Origin: a virus
Taxonomy: Duplodnaviria > Caudoviricetes
Virus record (IMG/VR): IMGVR_UViG_3300026534_000040
Span: 1 to 35,542 of that record
Reading direction: 5' to 3' (one strand)
DNA length: 35,542 nt
Made by a program: the position numbers and the translations under genes. Position 1 is the stretch's first letter, and each line of letters begins with the position of its first letter. Of this stretch, positions 8,233 to 17,850 are shown one piece after another. The notes under the pieces are model-generated. The model did not search any database and was not told the DNA's origin. It saw only the letters and a list, made by a program, of their open reading frames with translations.

Positions 8233-8720
8233 CAGCTTAATAATTGGTTAATTCCTTGTTTTATTTGCGTAAACGCCTGAACATCATTCGGACTGAAATT
8301 TCCCGGACCGGCAGGCGTTCGTATAATTGCATTTTTCAGTTGATCTATCAAGTTATTCAATAAGTCTTTTAAATTCTTGCTTCCGTTTTCCAGCTTCAAC
8401 TTATTGTCCTTGATATTCAACTTCAATTCGCCTATTTGCAACTCCCTTTCCTCCAACTCATCCGCATACAGCAATACCGTATGCTGTGGCTGGTTCTCTA
8501 TCACGGCAAGCAATACCAGCGTATCTTTTTTTGGTTTCATTGTCATACTGCCAAGTCCGAGCTTTACTTCGTAATAGTCCAAGTCATCGATTATACCGGT
8601 AGCGGTCATCTCTTTATTAGCCCAATCCACTTCTTTAACCTTTGCCCATACTATTTGAGCATTGACTAAATCTTTTGCCTTTCCGGTGATCAACTTCCCT
8701 AATTCGTCATATACACCCAT
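8232..8720 (-). CDS. Baseplate central spike (gpV/gp45-like)
   Basis: OB-fold-like N-terminus (AKVKEVD...PKKDTLVLLA), short beta repeats; follows the hub gene. Confidence 0.62.
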   Translation of the reverse strand: MGVYDELGKLITGKAKDLVNAQIVWAKVKEVDWANKEMTATGIIDDLDYYEVKLGLGSMTMKPKKDTLVLLAVIENQPQHTVLLYADELEERELQIGELKLNIKDNKLKLENGSKNLKDLLNNLIDQLKNAIIRTPAGPGNFSPNDVQAFTQIKQGINQLLS

Positions 8721-9685
8721 CAGCTTGCTTTTTTACCCAATTTCAATGTGCGTGCGTAGCCGTCCGAAACATTCCAATCTACCGTAATAGCATCCACATA
8801 GTATATTCCGTTTCTGTCCGGATACAGATTACTCACTACTTTCACTTTTTGTCCGTGAAATATTCTCGGCTGTCCCATTATCTTTAAATCGCCGTCAAAG
8901 CCGTCCCGTTTCATTTGCTCATAATCTCGTTCGGCTACTTTTTCCAACTCGGCTTTTACCTCAATTCCGTAATATGCCAACTGCTGTTCCGTGCCGTTCT
9001 CATCGCCTACAACGGCTTCCAACTTCTGACCGGTTTTTAATGTCGAAACTGCACGTATCTTTATCTTAATATCCTCTTTGGATAGATAGTTCAGAGCGTT
9101 ATTCTTAACCGTATTACCTTCCAAATGAATGATAACCGGTTCTTGTTTATCATCGTCATAAATCTTTCCTACAACCAGCGTATCACCTTTAAAATAGCTG
9201 TATAGTTTATATTCTTTTTTCAAGAACTCCAAAACTTTGGCAACCGTCGTCCGCTTATGTCTTTGCGGCGGCATCGTCCAGTCGGCTACATCGGTTTTTA
9301 TTCCCGGTGCAATCTTTTGGATAAAGTCCTTCAAGCCCATACTTTTGACCGACAGGTTTACCGGAATTTGCTTCAATTTCCACATTTCATCTTCTAAACT
9401 TATCTTTATTGGAATATCCGCAGATACTTTGGTAATGTATCCGCTAAATTCCAGTGTATTATTGCCACTGTAACCCAATTGTATTTCTACCGGTCGCCCA
9501 ACCAAAAACGTGTCTTTTACCTTTTGCTTGTCAAAGTCCTTTACATTGCGGGCTATGGTTATTTCCGCTTTATCGGTCAATAAGTCCCAAGACGATTCAA
9601 TATGCACCGCCGTAGGACGTATCAGGCGAACTTCCGGAAGTCCTTTATATGCTTTAAATAATATGTCTGCGCTCATTACTTTCAT
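8720..9685 (-). CDS. Baseplate hub protein (late control D / Mu gp44-like)
   Basis: IESSWDLLTDKAEI, VEIQLGY...EFSGYI, GIYYVDAI. Confidence 0.75.
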   Translation of the reverse strand: MKVMSADILFKAYKGLPEVRLIRPTAVHIESSWDLLTDKAEITIARNVKDFDKQKVKDTFLVGRPVEIQLGYSGNNTLEFSGYITKVSADIPIKISLEDEMWKLKQIPVNLSVKSMGLKDFIQKIAPGIKTDVADWTMPPQRHKRTTVAKVLEFLKKEYKLYSYFKGDTLVVGKIYDDDKQEPVIIHLEGNTVKNNALNYLSKEDIKIKIRAVSTLKTGQKLEAVVGDENGTEQQLAYYGIEVKAELEKVAERDYEQMKRDGFDGDLKIMGQPRIFHGQKVKVVSNLYPDRNGIYYVDAITVDWNVSDGYARTLKLGKKAS

Positions 9686-10263
9686 ATCAATAATAACTCT
9701 ACCGGTTGGTCGCTTACGGCTTTAATGGTAAATGGTATCACATTGGGTGATCCCTTCACTTGCCAAGTGTTAAATTCCTCAATAACCAGATCATTGATGT
9801 CCGGATGAATAAACAACCCGCCTTTGATTCTGATAGCATCCGCCACTTTTTCCCAACGTTTCAATTCGTCTATTTGCTCCTGAGGGCTAACCAATCCTTG
9901 CGGTTGATTTTTGTCCGGGATACAAATACCGTTAATATCAATTTGCCAATCGCCATAACCAAACATCTCCTTCACCGTTCCGGTACTTACCTGTGTTTTG
10001 ACAATTCGTTTGGCTCTTCGGATACTGACAAGCGTGGCAATAGGCAATTCAAAGTCCTTATAATTTTCTTGTATGATATTGCCGTCCTTATCAATCACAT
10101 TATAATCTTTGCCTTGCAATACAATAGTTGTCAATACCGGCGTTCCGTAACTGCTTTGTCGAACACCTTTTTCGGGCTCGGTTTTGGCAATTTCGTAATG
10201 TTTAATGCCAAATACCGCATCAAACAACTCCTGTATATTATATTGCAAGTCAAATCCTATCAT
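9682..10263 (-). CDS. Tail tube initiator-like protein (DUF6046-like)
   Basis: Lies between tape measure and hub; KRIVKTQV..GTVKE...DWQIDING...AVSD. Confidence 0.6.
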   Translation of the reverse strand: MIGFDLQYNIQELFDAVFGIKHYEIAKTEPEKGVRQSSYGTPVLTTIVLQGKDYNVIDKDGNIIQENYKDFELPIATLVSIRRAKRIVKTQVSTGTVKEMFGYGDWQIDINGICIPDKNQPQGLVSPQEQIDELKRWEKVADAIRIKGGLFIHPDINDLVIEEFNTWQVKGSPNVIPFTIKAVSDQPVELLLI

Positions 10264-12059
10264 CCCATTGCTATTTCTCCATCTCTTAACTTATCTACTA
10301 TTCGCCCGACTATTTGATCGGCGATATTTTCAATTTCCTGTTTGGTGCCGTTTGACAGATTGAAAATGTTCTTAATATCCAAATTCATCGTAAGCGAACG
10401 ACCGGCACCGGAACTTCCGGAACTTGAACCGGGTTTGGTTGTAGCGCTTGGTGTACCTATACCTCTATCAGCTTTTACCGGCGATAGTGCTTTGGCTAAA
10501 CTATGACCGCCGGCTGTTTCATTATTAGCCTTAACCTTATAAGACATTATACCGGCAAGATTACTCTCCGGCTTAAAGTCTTTATACTTAACAGCCGCAA
10601 TACCCTTGTCATAAGCTTCGCCAACATCTTTACCCATTTGCATTGCATTGGCAATCAATTGTTTTTTACTGCCCACACCAACCAAATCGCCAACGGCTCC
10701 TTTACCTGCTTCCCAGGCTTCTTTCCATTCGCCTTTAAAAAAATGCATCAGGGCTTTGCCAATTCCGGTAATGCCGGATAACAATTCTTTAAATCGTGTA
10801 ATGACATAGTCCTTAATCATCTTGCCAAATCCTTTAAGTGCCGCCCAAGCGCCGTCAATGATACCTCTGAATTTTTCAACGTGATTATAAGCGGCTTTAA
10901 TAACGCCAATTAATGCGGCAACGCCTAATATGATTAAACCGACCGGATTGGCATTCATCGCTATATTAAGCGCCCATTGTGCCACGGTTAAAACGCCATA
11001 GGCATAGGCAATTACTTTTAAAATAGGCGCAAATGGTTTTAGCCAGCCGATTAATGTTTTTAATCCGGAAGCGACTACTTTGACATAGCCGGCTGACGTT
11101 TTAAAAGTATTGCTCAAAGTTTCAATAGCCGATGATGCACCTTTGCTTTCACCGGTGATGTTAAATACCGTTTTAATCAAATCCCAACCCACAGCCAAAA
11201 GCTCGCCAATAGGGCTTACAAGCTCAACAATACTATCCCAAACTTTTCCAAATCCATTGACAAAGTCAATAGCATAGTCCGTCGCCTTTTTAAGCCACGG
11301 CACCAGCTTGTTTTTACTAAATTGAGCAATCTTATTCCGGGCAACACCAAACAGAGTGCTTAACTTACCGCCAGCGGTTTCGCTCACCTGATCCATCATC
11401 TTATAAAAACGACCGCCCTCACCGGTGGCGGTTCTAAATGCGTCCTCTACATCTTTGGCACTAATCTTTCCTTTGCTCATTTCTTCTTTGAGCTGTGCCA
11501 TACTTTTGCCTGTTTTCTCGGAAATGATTTGCAGCGGATTAAATCCGGCATTAATCATCTGTAACAAGTCCTGTCCCATCAGCTTACCTGTGGACTGAAC
11601 CTGTGCATAAGCAAGCGAAAGGCTTTTAAACTTTTCTTTATTCCCCCCTGAAACATCGCCAAGCATTTTCATCGTTGGGATAATCTTTTCCTGCGCAAAA
11701 CCATAATTAAGTAAAAGCTCTGCTCCTTGCTTTAAATCTTCATTGTCAAAAGGCGTTTTGTTGGCAAAATCGTTGATACCTTTCAGCATTTTTTTGGCAT
11801 TCTCGGCACTTCCGGTTAATACTTTAAATTTGGTATCGGTAGTTTCTGCGGCAATTCCTAAGCTAAACATACTTTTAACCGCCTGTATTGCCTGATAACC
11901 GGCAAACAATTCGCCAAGAGTTCTTTTTAATGTTTTAAAAGAACTTGTAGCTTTTTTTGCAGAGCCGGTTGCTTTACGTGTCTTTTCATCCACACGCTCA
12001 ACACCGGCAGATGCTTTATCACCAAATTCTAATATCCATTTTGTCTTTACGCTACTCAT
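10260..12059 (-). CDS. Tail tape measure protein (599 aa)
   Basis: Tape-measure domain (FANKTPF...LGDVSGG...GKLMGQDLLQMINAGFNP), ALNIAMNANP; Ala/Gly-rich helical sequence. Confidence 0.93.
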   Translation of the reverse strand: MSSVKTKWILEFGDKASAGVERVDEKTRKATGSAKKATSSFKTLKRTLGELFAGYQAIQAVKSMFSLGIAAETTDTKFKVLTGSAENAKKMLKGINDFANKTPFDNEDLKQGAELLLNYGFAQEKIIPTMKMLGDVSGGNKEKFKSLSLAYAQVQSTGKLMGQDLLQMINAGFNPLQIISEKTGKSMAQLKEEMSKGKISAKDVEDAFRTATGEGGRFYKMMDQVSETAGGKLSTLFGVARNKIAQFSKNKLVPWLKKATDYAIDFVNGFGKVWDSIVELVSPIGELLAVGWDLIKTVFNITGESKGASSAIETLSNTFKTSAGYVKVVASGLKTLIGWLKPFAPILKVIAYAYGVLTVAQWALNIAMNANPVGLIILGVAALIGVIKAAYNHVEKFRGIIDGAWAALKGFGKMIKDYVITRFKELLSGITGIGKALMHFFKGEWKEAWEAGKGAVGDLVGVGSKKQLIANAMQMGKDVGEAYDKGIAAVKYKDFKPESNLAGIMSYKVKANNETAGGHSLAKALSPVKADRGIGTPSATTKPGSSSGSSGAGRSLTMNLDIKNIFNLSNGTKQEIENIADQIVGRIVDKLRDGEIAMG

Positions 12060-12291
12060 CGCTTAATGCTTGCCTTATGGTATTGATTAATGTTTTTTTC
12101 TTTAAATCAACTACAAATAGCCATTCTCTTAGGGTTCTTTTCCAAATATCCTCTGGCATCGTGTCCGGATTGCCTAACCGGTTTATTCTTATAATTGCAT
12201 CGGCTTGCTCAATGTTTCCAATGCTCATTTCAAATTCAGCCGATAATTCTGTTACAAAGCGGTTGAGCTCGCTTCTTTTGGCTGATACAAC
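12052..12291 (-). CDS. Frameshifted C-terminal extension of the tail assembly chaperone (gpGT-like, ~172 aa fusion)
   Basis: In-frame G GGA AAG at 12297-12291; the -1 frame is open for 79 codons to TAG 12054-12052, overlapping the tape-measure start. Confidence 0.85.
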   Translation of the reverse strand, partial: VVSAKRSELNRFVTELSAEFEMSIGNIEQADAIIRINRLGNPDTMPEDIWKRTLREWLFVVDLKKKTLINTIRQALSDE

Positions 12292-12569
12292 TTTCCCAGC
12301 TCTTGCACCAATGTAAGATAGACACTCGGCACAAAGTCAGGTGTGTCGTCAATATACTTTCTATCACCGGCAACGATCATTACGTTGAACATCATCTCGT
12401 TAAAGTCTTCGGTGTTTTCTTTTGAACTCATAGCCGTAAGCTCGGCTTTGCTCGGCTCTTTGGCTATAAATTCGGCGGTTTCTTTATCGCTTACCGGAAT
12501 AGTAATATGATAAAGTTTACCATATTTCTTCTTCAAGTCAGGTACTAATTTTTTCAATTCGGTTTTCAT
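12252..12569 (-). CDS. Tail assembly chaperone (gpG-like)
   Basis: Lies between tube and tape measure; carries the lambda-type slippery heptamer. Confidence 0.85.
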   Translation of the reverse strand: MKTELKKLVPDLKKKYGKLYHITIPVSDKETAEFIAKEPSKAELTAMSSKENTEDFNEMMFNVMIVAGDRKYIDDTPDFVPSVYLTLVQELGKLYQPKEASSTAL

Positions 12570-12598
12570 AGTCTTTCAATGTTTTTTAAATGCTTTTT

Positions 12599-12636
12599 AA
12601 AAAAAGCCACTACCTCAAACAGCAGTAGCTTTTTTT
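12599..12636 (-). terminator. Intrinsic terminator after the tail tube gene
   Basis: Minus strand GCTACTGCT-loop-GGTAGTGGC followed by T7. Confidence 0.7.
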
Positions 12637-12663
12637 CTTTGTTTATCGCTTTCCTCTTTTTGT

Positions 12664-13095
12664 TTATACGTTATAATCAATATGCGTAGGAACTAAGTCA
12701 AACTTGGTATTGATACTTTTATCCCCTTGCTTAACCGTAACGCCGTTGTTTTTAAACGAACAATTACGTATTACATCTTTATACACACGATTTTTATACT
12801 CGTATGCAACCGTAATGTCAAAGTCCGGAATATCTTGTATTCGCATTCCCGGTGGCAAACTCTCCAATATTGCCAATCGCTCCTCGTTGCTTAATGTGAT
12901 GGAAGCAGACGGCTTATAATTGCCTTCGCCCTTGCCTATGGGTGCACGTCCGGCACCGTAAACAAGCTCTTGTTCCACTTCATCCTTGTATTCAAGCTCA
13001 GTGATGCCTTCAAGTGCACGTCCGAATAATCGAGCGGTTACTTTATTCCAGCCCATCACTCGCCCAAATCTGTTAATTAATCTTACTTGTGCCAT
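12664..13095 (-). CDS. Tail tube protein
   Basis: 143 aa after the sheath gene; GITELEYKD...VYGAGRAPIGKGEGNY. Confidence 0.82.
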   Translation of the reverse strand: MAQVRLINRFGRVMGWNKVTARLFGRALEGITELEYKDEVEQELVYGAGRAPIGKGEGNYKPSASITLSNEERLAILESLPPGMRIQDIPDFDITVAYEYKNRVYKDVIRNCSFKNNGVTVKQGDKSINTKFDLVPTHIDYNV

Positions 13096-13099
13096 TTGC

Positions 13100-14311
13100 T
13101 TACAATTTATCGGTTAATCCTAACTGAACATCAAACTCATGAATGATGTCGTTATGTATCACTTTGGCTTGAACAACCAAAGGAACATCATCGCTCAAAC
13201 TTTGCGAAGGGTCAATATAAACACCAACGCCGGATGCTTCTTTATCCGCAACCATTTGCGATACTTTGCCTTCTGCATACTTTTCCAATGCCGTCGCAGA
13301 TGCATCATCAATTGTTCCGGTTTGCGGATCTTTATCAATGTTAGATTTGACCTTTGGCAATAATGCCAATCGTATGATACGAGCGGCTTTGTTCCATACG
13401 CGGTTATTTTCTATACGGCAATAATCGGATGTTTTGGTAATGCAAGTATGCGAGTCATTAAAGTAAAATCCTTGATAGCCGTTATACGAGCCTACGAAAA
13501 TATAGCCTTTATCATTCAAGGCTTTAATTTCGTTTTTCGACAACTCGTTAAAATCCTTCCCGGATTGCAAAACCGCTCCCAACCAACGGGAACGTGCAAT
13601 ATCCGTAAGTGGGTATTGCAAACTGCCTTTAAACAAATCCGGTTTTTTCTCAATATCAACGGATCCAATGTTTTCGTTCACTTTTCGCACGCTAACGGCT
13701 CCAAGTGCAGTTCCTACACTTGCATAGGTTTCGTATTGCGTTTTCAATCCACGAATAACCGGATCTTGCGAAATTACTACCGAGACATTTTCGGCATTAA
13801 TCGTGCGTAAATCGGGATAAGCGGAAATTAGCGTGGCACTGTCAAACTCTTTTCCTTCGACTAACCAAGCATCAATCAAACGACTTTCTGCTTTCAATTC
13901 AGTAATCATTTGTTGCCAAGCAGACACATAAGCCGGGAAGTCTGCCGGTGCCGTAGCACTGTTTCGAACTTCACCGCCAAAACGGATGTCTTGATTTTCT
14001 TTCAGTATCGTTTTTAGCTCTTCTTTTGTCAAACTTCCGTCATCCAAAACGATATACAATTTTCCTCCCGGTGATACCCGGAAAAACTCGTCTATATGAT
14101 GATACGCCAATATATTATTGGTATCATCATAACTCGGATCAATTCCCAAAGCTTCGGCATCTTTTACACCCAGCAATCCTTTGGCGGTTTTTAACGCCAA
14201 ATTACCGGTTGCCGTGGCACCGCCAATGACAAGTATTCCTACACCGTCATTGCTCGGTAATGCACGCCCGAAGCTATTGGTTTTTGATATCTTTACTCCT
14301 ACGAATCCCAT
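13100..14311 (-). CDS. Contractile tail sheath protein (DUF2586-like)
   Basis: LNDKGYIFVGSYNGYQGFYFNDSHT...IENNRVWNKAAR. Confidence 0.85.
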   Translation of the reverse strand: MGFVGVKISKTNSFGRALPSNDGVGILVIGGATATGNLALKTAKGLLGVKDAEALGIDPSYDDTNNILAYHHIDEFFRVSPGGKLYIVLDDGSLTKEELKTILKENQDIRFGGEVRNSATAPADFPAYVSAWQQMITELKAESRLIDAWLVEGKEFDSATLISAYPDLRTINAENVSVVISQDPVIRGLKTQYETYASVGTALGAVSVRKVNENIGSVDIEKKPDLFKGSLQYPLTDIARSRWLGAVLQSGKDFNELSKNEIKALNDKGYIFVGSYNGYQGFYFNDSHTCITKTSDYCRIENNRVWNKAARIIRLALLPKVKSNIDKDPQTGTIDDASATALEKYAEGKVSQMVADKEASGVGVYIDPSQSLSDDVPLVVQAKVIHNDIIHEFDVQLGLTDKL

Positions 14312-14703
14312 TATTCGTTATCGTTTTGATTTTCGTTTCCGTCTTCAGGGCTGTCAGCTCCTGTTTCTTTTGCCTGTAATTCGGCAATCTTTTGCGCTCC
14401 GGCTTCTTTAACCGTTTTGGCTTTTTCGCCTTTCAACAACTCCTCAACCTCGGCAACGGTTTCAGCTTGCATAATTTTTTCAATTCGCTCTTCCGCTGTT
14501 AGTTTGGCTGTTTCATCATTTTTCGGTTTAGAGCCGTTTTCAAATTCTTTGACCGTTAATTTCTTTCCGGCAGGATTGCTCTTGGCGTGCAAATCCGCCA
14601 TATTTTTGTTCAAAAACACATAACCGTCATCGGTTACGTAAATCTTTTTTGCTTCTTTGTTTTTTGCAAAAAAATCGTTTGCAATTTTGTTTAAGTCTTT
14701 CAT
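14311..14703 (-). CDS. Hypothetical protein (charged, possible virion assembly factor)
   Basis: Coupled ORF between the lysis genes and the sheath gene. Confidence 0.55.
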   Translation of the reverse strand: MKDLNKIANDFFAKNKEAKKIYVTDDGYVFLNKNMADLHAKSNPAGKKLTVKEFENGSKPKNDETAKLTAEERIEKIMQAETVAEVEELLKGEKAKTVKEAGAQKIAELQAKETGADSPEDGNENQNDNE

Positions 14704-15134
14704 CTCTTTTTAGTTAAATTATTTACTGCGATTAATCCGGCAAGTAAAACAAAAGCTATCAGAATATCAGATTTTGAAAATTTAAGTCCGTCGGATTTTA
14801 AGTCCGTTTCCTTAATTCTTTCTTTTGTTTCTTGCTCGTAGGTTTCTTTTTGTTCTTTGGGCTTTTGAATGGCTTTTATCTCGGTTACCCGCCCACGGTT
14901 TTGGCGGGTTTTAAGTATCAGGTTTTGGTTCTCAACTACAATAACAGTATCTTTTTTCTTATACCGGATCACCGGCTTATAAACGATACTATCCATTGGT
15001 ATTTTTACAATCCTAATACCTCGCTCGGTTATGTGCCTTACCGTTCTTTGCTTGTGCTTTTGTGTATTCTTAAAAAGTCCGCAACCGGATAGCGTAAAAG
15101 CCAATGCAATTAATATGAAAGCCCTTTTAATCAT
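14700..15134 (-). CDS. Lipoprotein with C-terminal transmembrane helix, probable unimolecular spanin
   Basis: Start revised to ATG 15134 (overlaps the endolysin stop): MIKRAFILIALAFTLSG|C lipobox; C-terminal ILIAFVLLAGLIAV then KKR. Confidence 0.75.
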   Translation of the reverse strand: MIKRAFILIALAFTLSGCGLFKNTQKHKQRTVRHITERGIRIVKIPMDSIVYKPVIRYKKKDTVIVVENQNLILKTRQNRGRVTEIKAIQKPKEQKETYEQETKERIKETDLKSDGLKFSKSDILIAFVLLAGLIAVNNLTKKR

Positions 15135-15592
15135 CCTATATTTTTGTCGGGTATGCCAATCTCTTGTAGCCACGATTTCCAATCGAAACAAGGACAATCC
15201 TTGTTTGCAAACTTATTATGACCGGCTACCTTAATCCACGGGTAGCGTTTGACCATAAATCGAACATAATCCGCCATTGTTTCTTTTTGGGCTTCGGTTC
15301 GTGTATCTTTGGGTTTTAAGTTCTTATCCAATCCCCCTACATATACTATATGCCGGCTGATTTGGTTAATCCCTTTCACTCCCCAAGTCATCTCGTGATT
15401 TTCAATGAGCGAATCCATATCATAATCAGTCAGTAATTCCAATCTGCCGTCCAAATGGATCATATCCGAATAGCCCAAACGGCTCCATCCGTGCCCCTTT
15501 ATATGCCAGTCGTATATATCTTGGCGGGTTACCGGACGTCCTTCCGGAGTTGCCGTGCAGTGTATGATTAGATATTCGATTTTTTTGCTCAT
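15131..15592 (-). CDS. Endolysin, N-acetylmuramoyl-L-alanine amidase (T7 lysozyme/Amidase_2 type)
   Basis: IIHCTAT, GW..LGY, VYVGG..DTRTEAQK, GHN...KDCP zinc ligands. Confidence 0.93.
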   Translation of the reverse strand: MSKKIEYLIIHCTATPEGRPVTRQDIYDWHIKGHGWSRLGYSDMIHLDGRLELLTDYDMDSLIENHEMTWGVKGINQISRHIVYVGGLDKNLKPKDTRTEAQKETMADYVRFMVKRYPWIKVAGHNKFANKDCPCFDWKSWLQEIGIPDKNIG

Positions 15593-15623
15593 TGTTCACA
15601 TTTTTTTATTACGCCCGTAGGCG

Positions 15624-15655
15624 TGCGGTTTCCGTTGCGATAACGGAAAAACCGC
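15624..15655 (-). terminator. Hairpin after the capsid gene (terminator or mRNA stabiliser)
   Basis: GCGGTTTCCGTT-GCGAT-AACGGAAAAACCGC imperfect inverted repeat. Confidence 0.5.
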
Positions 15656-15674
15656 CCTTTAACTATGACAAACC

Positions 15675-16670
15675 CTATGCTGTGCCAGATACAATTGCCG
15701 CCTGTCCTTTCTCACGAATAGGTATGGCAATAAAATGAAGCCTAAATCCTACAACTGATTTTCTAAATTCCGGATCTTGCGAAGCACCACGCATATAGCG
15801 TTTTACCGTTCCTCTTGCCTTGGCGGTTGCTTTGGCATAGAATACTACGGATGCCTGCTTGCCGGTTGTAGCACTTCCAAATGGTATCTTTTGTAAAGTC
15901 GTTGCGTCGTATTCCGGAGAATAGATGTCGTCGTAAATTTCAAAGCCCGCATAATTGCTGGCAATAGCTCCCTCTTTATGATTTTGGTATTGGACGTTAA
16001 GGGCTTTGTCTTCCAACAACAAATCGGCAACGTGATCCGCACTCAATACCAATATCCTACCTTTTTTAGGCACTTTTAACAAATCCAGTTTTTGTTTAAG
16101 CGTTACTAAATCTTTATAGATTAAACGCTTTCTTCCCGTGCCGTCATTAGGACCGGTTGTTTCAATAATAGGGGTGTTCGTAGTGTTAGCCATAGGTGCA
16201 AGGCTATGCAAAGCGTGCTCCTGTGTTTTTTCCTCTAACACTTCACGGGCTTGGCGTTGCACACTGTCTTTTTTATCATAGGGCAAAGCGTATAATTCGT
16301 CATCGGTTACTTCGTAGTTTTCAGTATCGTACTTATGCAAAGAAATGGCTATGCTATCATCCGTTCTGCTTACGTTTGTTATAGGATAAGTGTTATTATC
16401 TATCAACACCTGAATATCCGCGCCTTCCTTATTAATCTTGATAACGTCATTGTTTACCCATTTTTGTTTGCTGGGTATTCTTTCCATCCAAGTTCCCTTA
16501 TGACGAAAATGTTTGATCAATTCTTTCTCTGCCAATTCGTTTTTAGCAACTGCGGCAAACGCCATCATAGGCGCGGTCGTATCAACAATATGCGGTATTT
16601 CCGCACCAAAACTTTGGGCTATAAACCCAAGGGTAATTACTACCATTAAAATTCTTACTAACTTTTTCAT
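15675..16670 (-). CDS. Major capsid protein with signal-peptide-like N-terminal extension
   Basis: Follows protease/scaffold; 331 aa; HK97-like segments (LKQKLDLLKVPKKGRILVL, YAGFEIY). Confidence 0.8.
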   Translation of the reverse strand: MKKLVRILMVVITLGFIAQSFGAEIPHIVDTTAPMMAFAAVAKNELAEKELIKHFRHKGTWMERIPSKQKWVNNDVIKINKEGADIQVLIDNNTYPITNVSRTDDSIAISLHKYDTENYEVTDDELYALPYDKKDSVQRQAREVLEEKTQEHALHSLAPMANTTNTPIIETTGPNDGTGRKRLIYKDLVTLKQKLDLLKVPKKGRILVLSADHVADLLLEDKALNVQYQNHKEGAIASNYAGFEIYDDIYSPEYDATTLQKIPFGSATTGKQASVVFYAKATAKARGTVKRYMRGASQDPEFRKSVVGFRLHFIAIPIREKGQAAIVSGTA

Positions 16671-16725
16671 ATACTAACTTTTTTTTTAATCTTTTTTAAA
16701 TCTTTTACTTTTTATTCCAAAGATC

Positions 16726-17826
16726 TTATTCAACTCCTTTGTAGTGCGCTTTTATAAGTTCTTCCTGCTTTTCTTCGGGCAACTGCTCAAATGCTTCCGG
16801 GTCTTTTTCCAAATAATCTTCATAAGTCCAAGCTGCACGTGCATCAGCTCCTTTACCTTTCAATTGGGCAGACGGCGCCTGATCGATTGCCGGCAAATTC
16901 TCAATAATCGCTTTTATCTGATTAAAATCTTTTTCCGCCAATGCCTCATAATTTGGGCGGGTACTTGCGTTGATCTTATGATCCTTTTCTGCTTGATCCA
17001 ACAAAGCTTTTATTTGTGCTTTTTTCTCTGCGGCTTTTTGTGCCGTTAATTGTGCTTTAAGCGTTTTAACCTCATCGGCTTGCGCTTTCAACTCGTCCAG
17101 TTTTGCCTGAACCTGTGCTTCTGTGGCGTTCTCGTCTAAGCCGAGCTTTACCGCCATTAATTTTAAATCCATATTCTCTTTTTTCGGTTTTGTTACTTGT
17201 TTTGAAATCGACTCAATATTGGGAACTCCGCAAGCGACCATTCGTTCATAAGTCTTGGCGTCAATCGTTACCTTTTCGCTGCTGATAACATCTACCAAAC
17301 CATATTTATGAGCTTCCTTTGCCGTCATCCACCAGTCGTTACGCCATTTATCTTGTAGGTCGTCTGTGGATAGCCCCATTTTTGTGGCATATTCTTTTAA
17401 ATATTGTGTAGTTAAATTTTCTATCAATTTGGTTTCACTTTGAATTTGCTCCAATGTGCCACACGTGCATCCTCTCGGGGCGTGTATCATTATTTGCGAA
17501 TTTTCTTTGGCGGTTGCGTGAAATAAGGTCAAAAAGTAAGACGCCGCACTTGCCGCTAAGGCGCCTACTTCAACTTTTACTTCTTTAAATTCAGACTTTA
17601 AAAAATTTGCAATTTCGTTGGCTTCAAAAACACTTCCGCCCTCACTATTAATGTAAACAACGGCTTTATCTCTTTTGCCTTTGTGTTGTTTAATTGCCAG
17701 TTTTATATCGGAAACACTTGCCTTACTCCATTTGCCTATATAACCGGTGATTTCCAAGCGGATATAATCACCGCCGGTTGTCATCGTAATTTTATTGTCC
17801 TTACCCTGTGCTAAAATCTGAAACAT
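16726..17826 (-). CDS. ClpP-like prohead protease with C-terminal scaffolding domain
   Basis: INSEGGSVFEA, GALAASAAS, IMIHAP, WMTAKEA..YGLVD; Ala/Lys-rich coiled C-terminus beginning MDLKLMAVKLGL (ATG 17172). Confidence 0.9.
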   Translation of the reverse strand: MFQILAQGKDNKITMTTGGDYIRLEITGYIGKWSKASVSDIKLAIKQHKGKRDKAVVYINSEGGSVFEANEIANFLKSEFKEVKVEVGALAASAASYFLTLFHATAKENSQIMIHAPRGCTCGTLEQIQSETKLIENLTTQYLKEYATKMGLSTDDLQDKWRNDWWMTAKEAHKYGLVDVISSEKVTIDAKTYERMVACGVPNIESISKQVTKPKKENMDLKLMAVKLGLDENATEAQVQAKLDELKAQADEVKTLKAQLTAQKAAEKKAQIKALLDQAEKDHKINASTRPNYEALAEKDFNQIKAIIENLPAIDQAPSAQLKGKGADARAAWTYEDYLEKDPEAFEQLPEEKQEELIKAHYKGVE

Positions 17827-17850
17827 AAATACATTTTTCGTCTAAAACTT

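Noticed and set aside
15135-15197. Track start (15197) for the lipoprotein
   Set aside because: The extension overlaps the endolysin; ATG 15134 gives a proper signal peptide and stop-start coupling.
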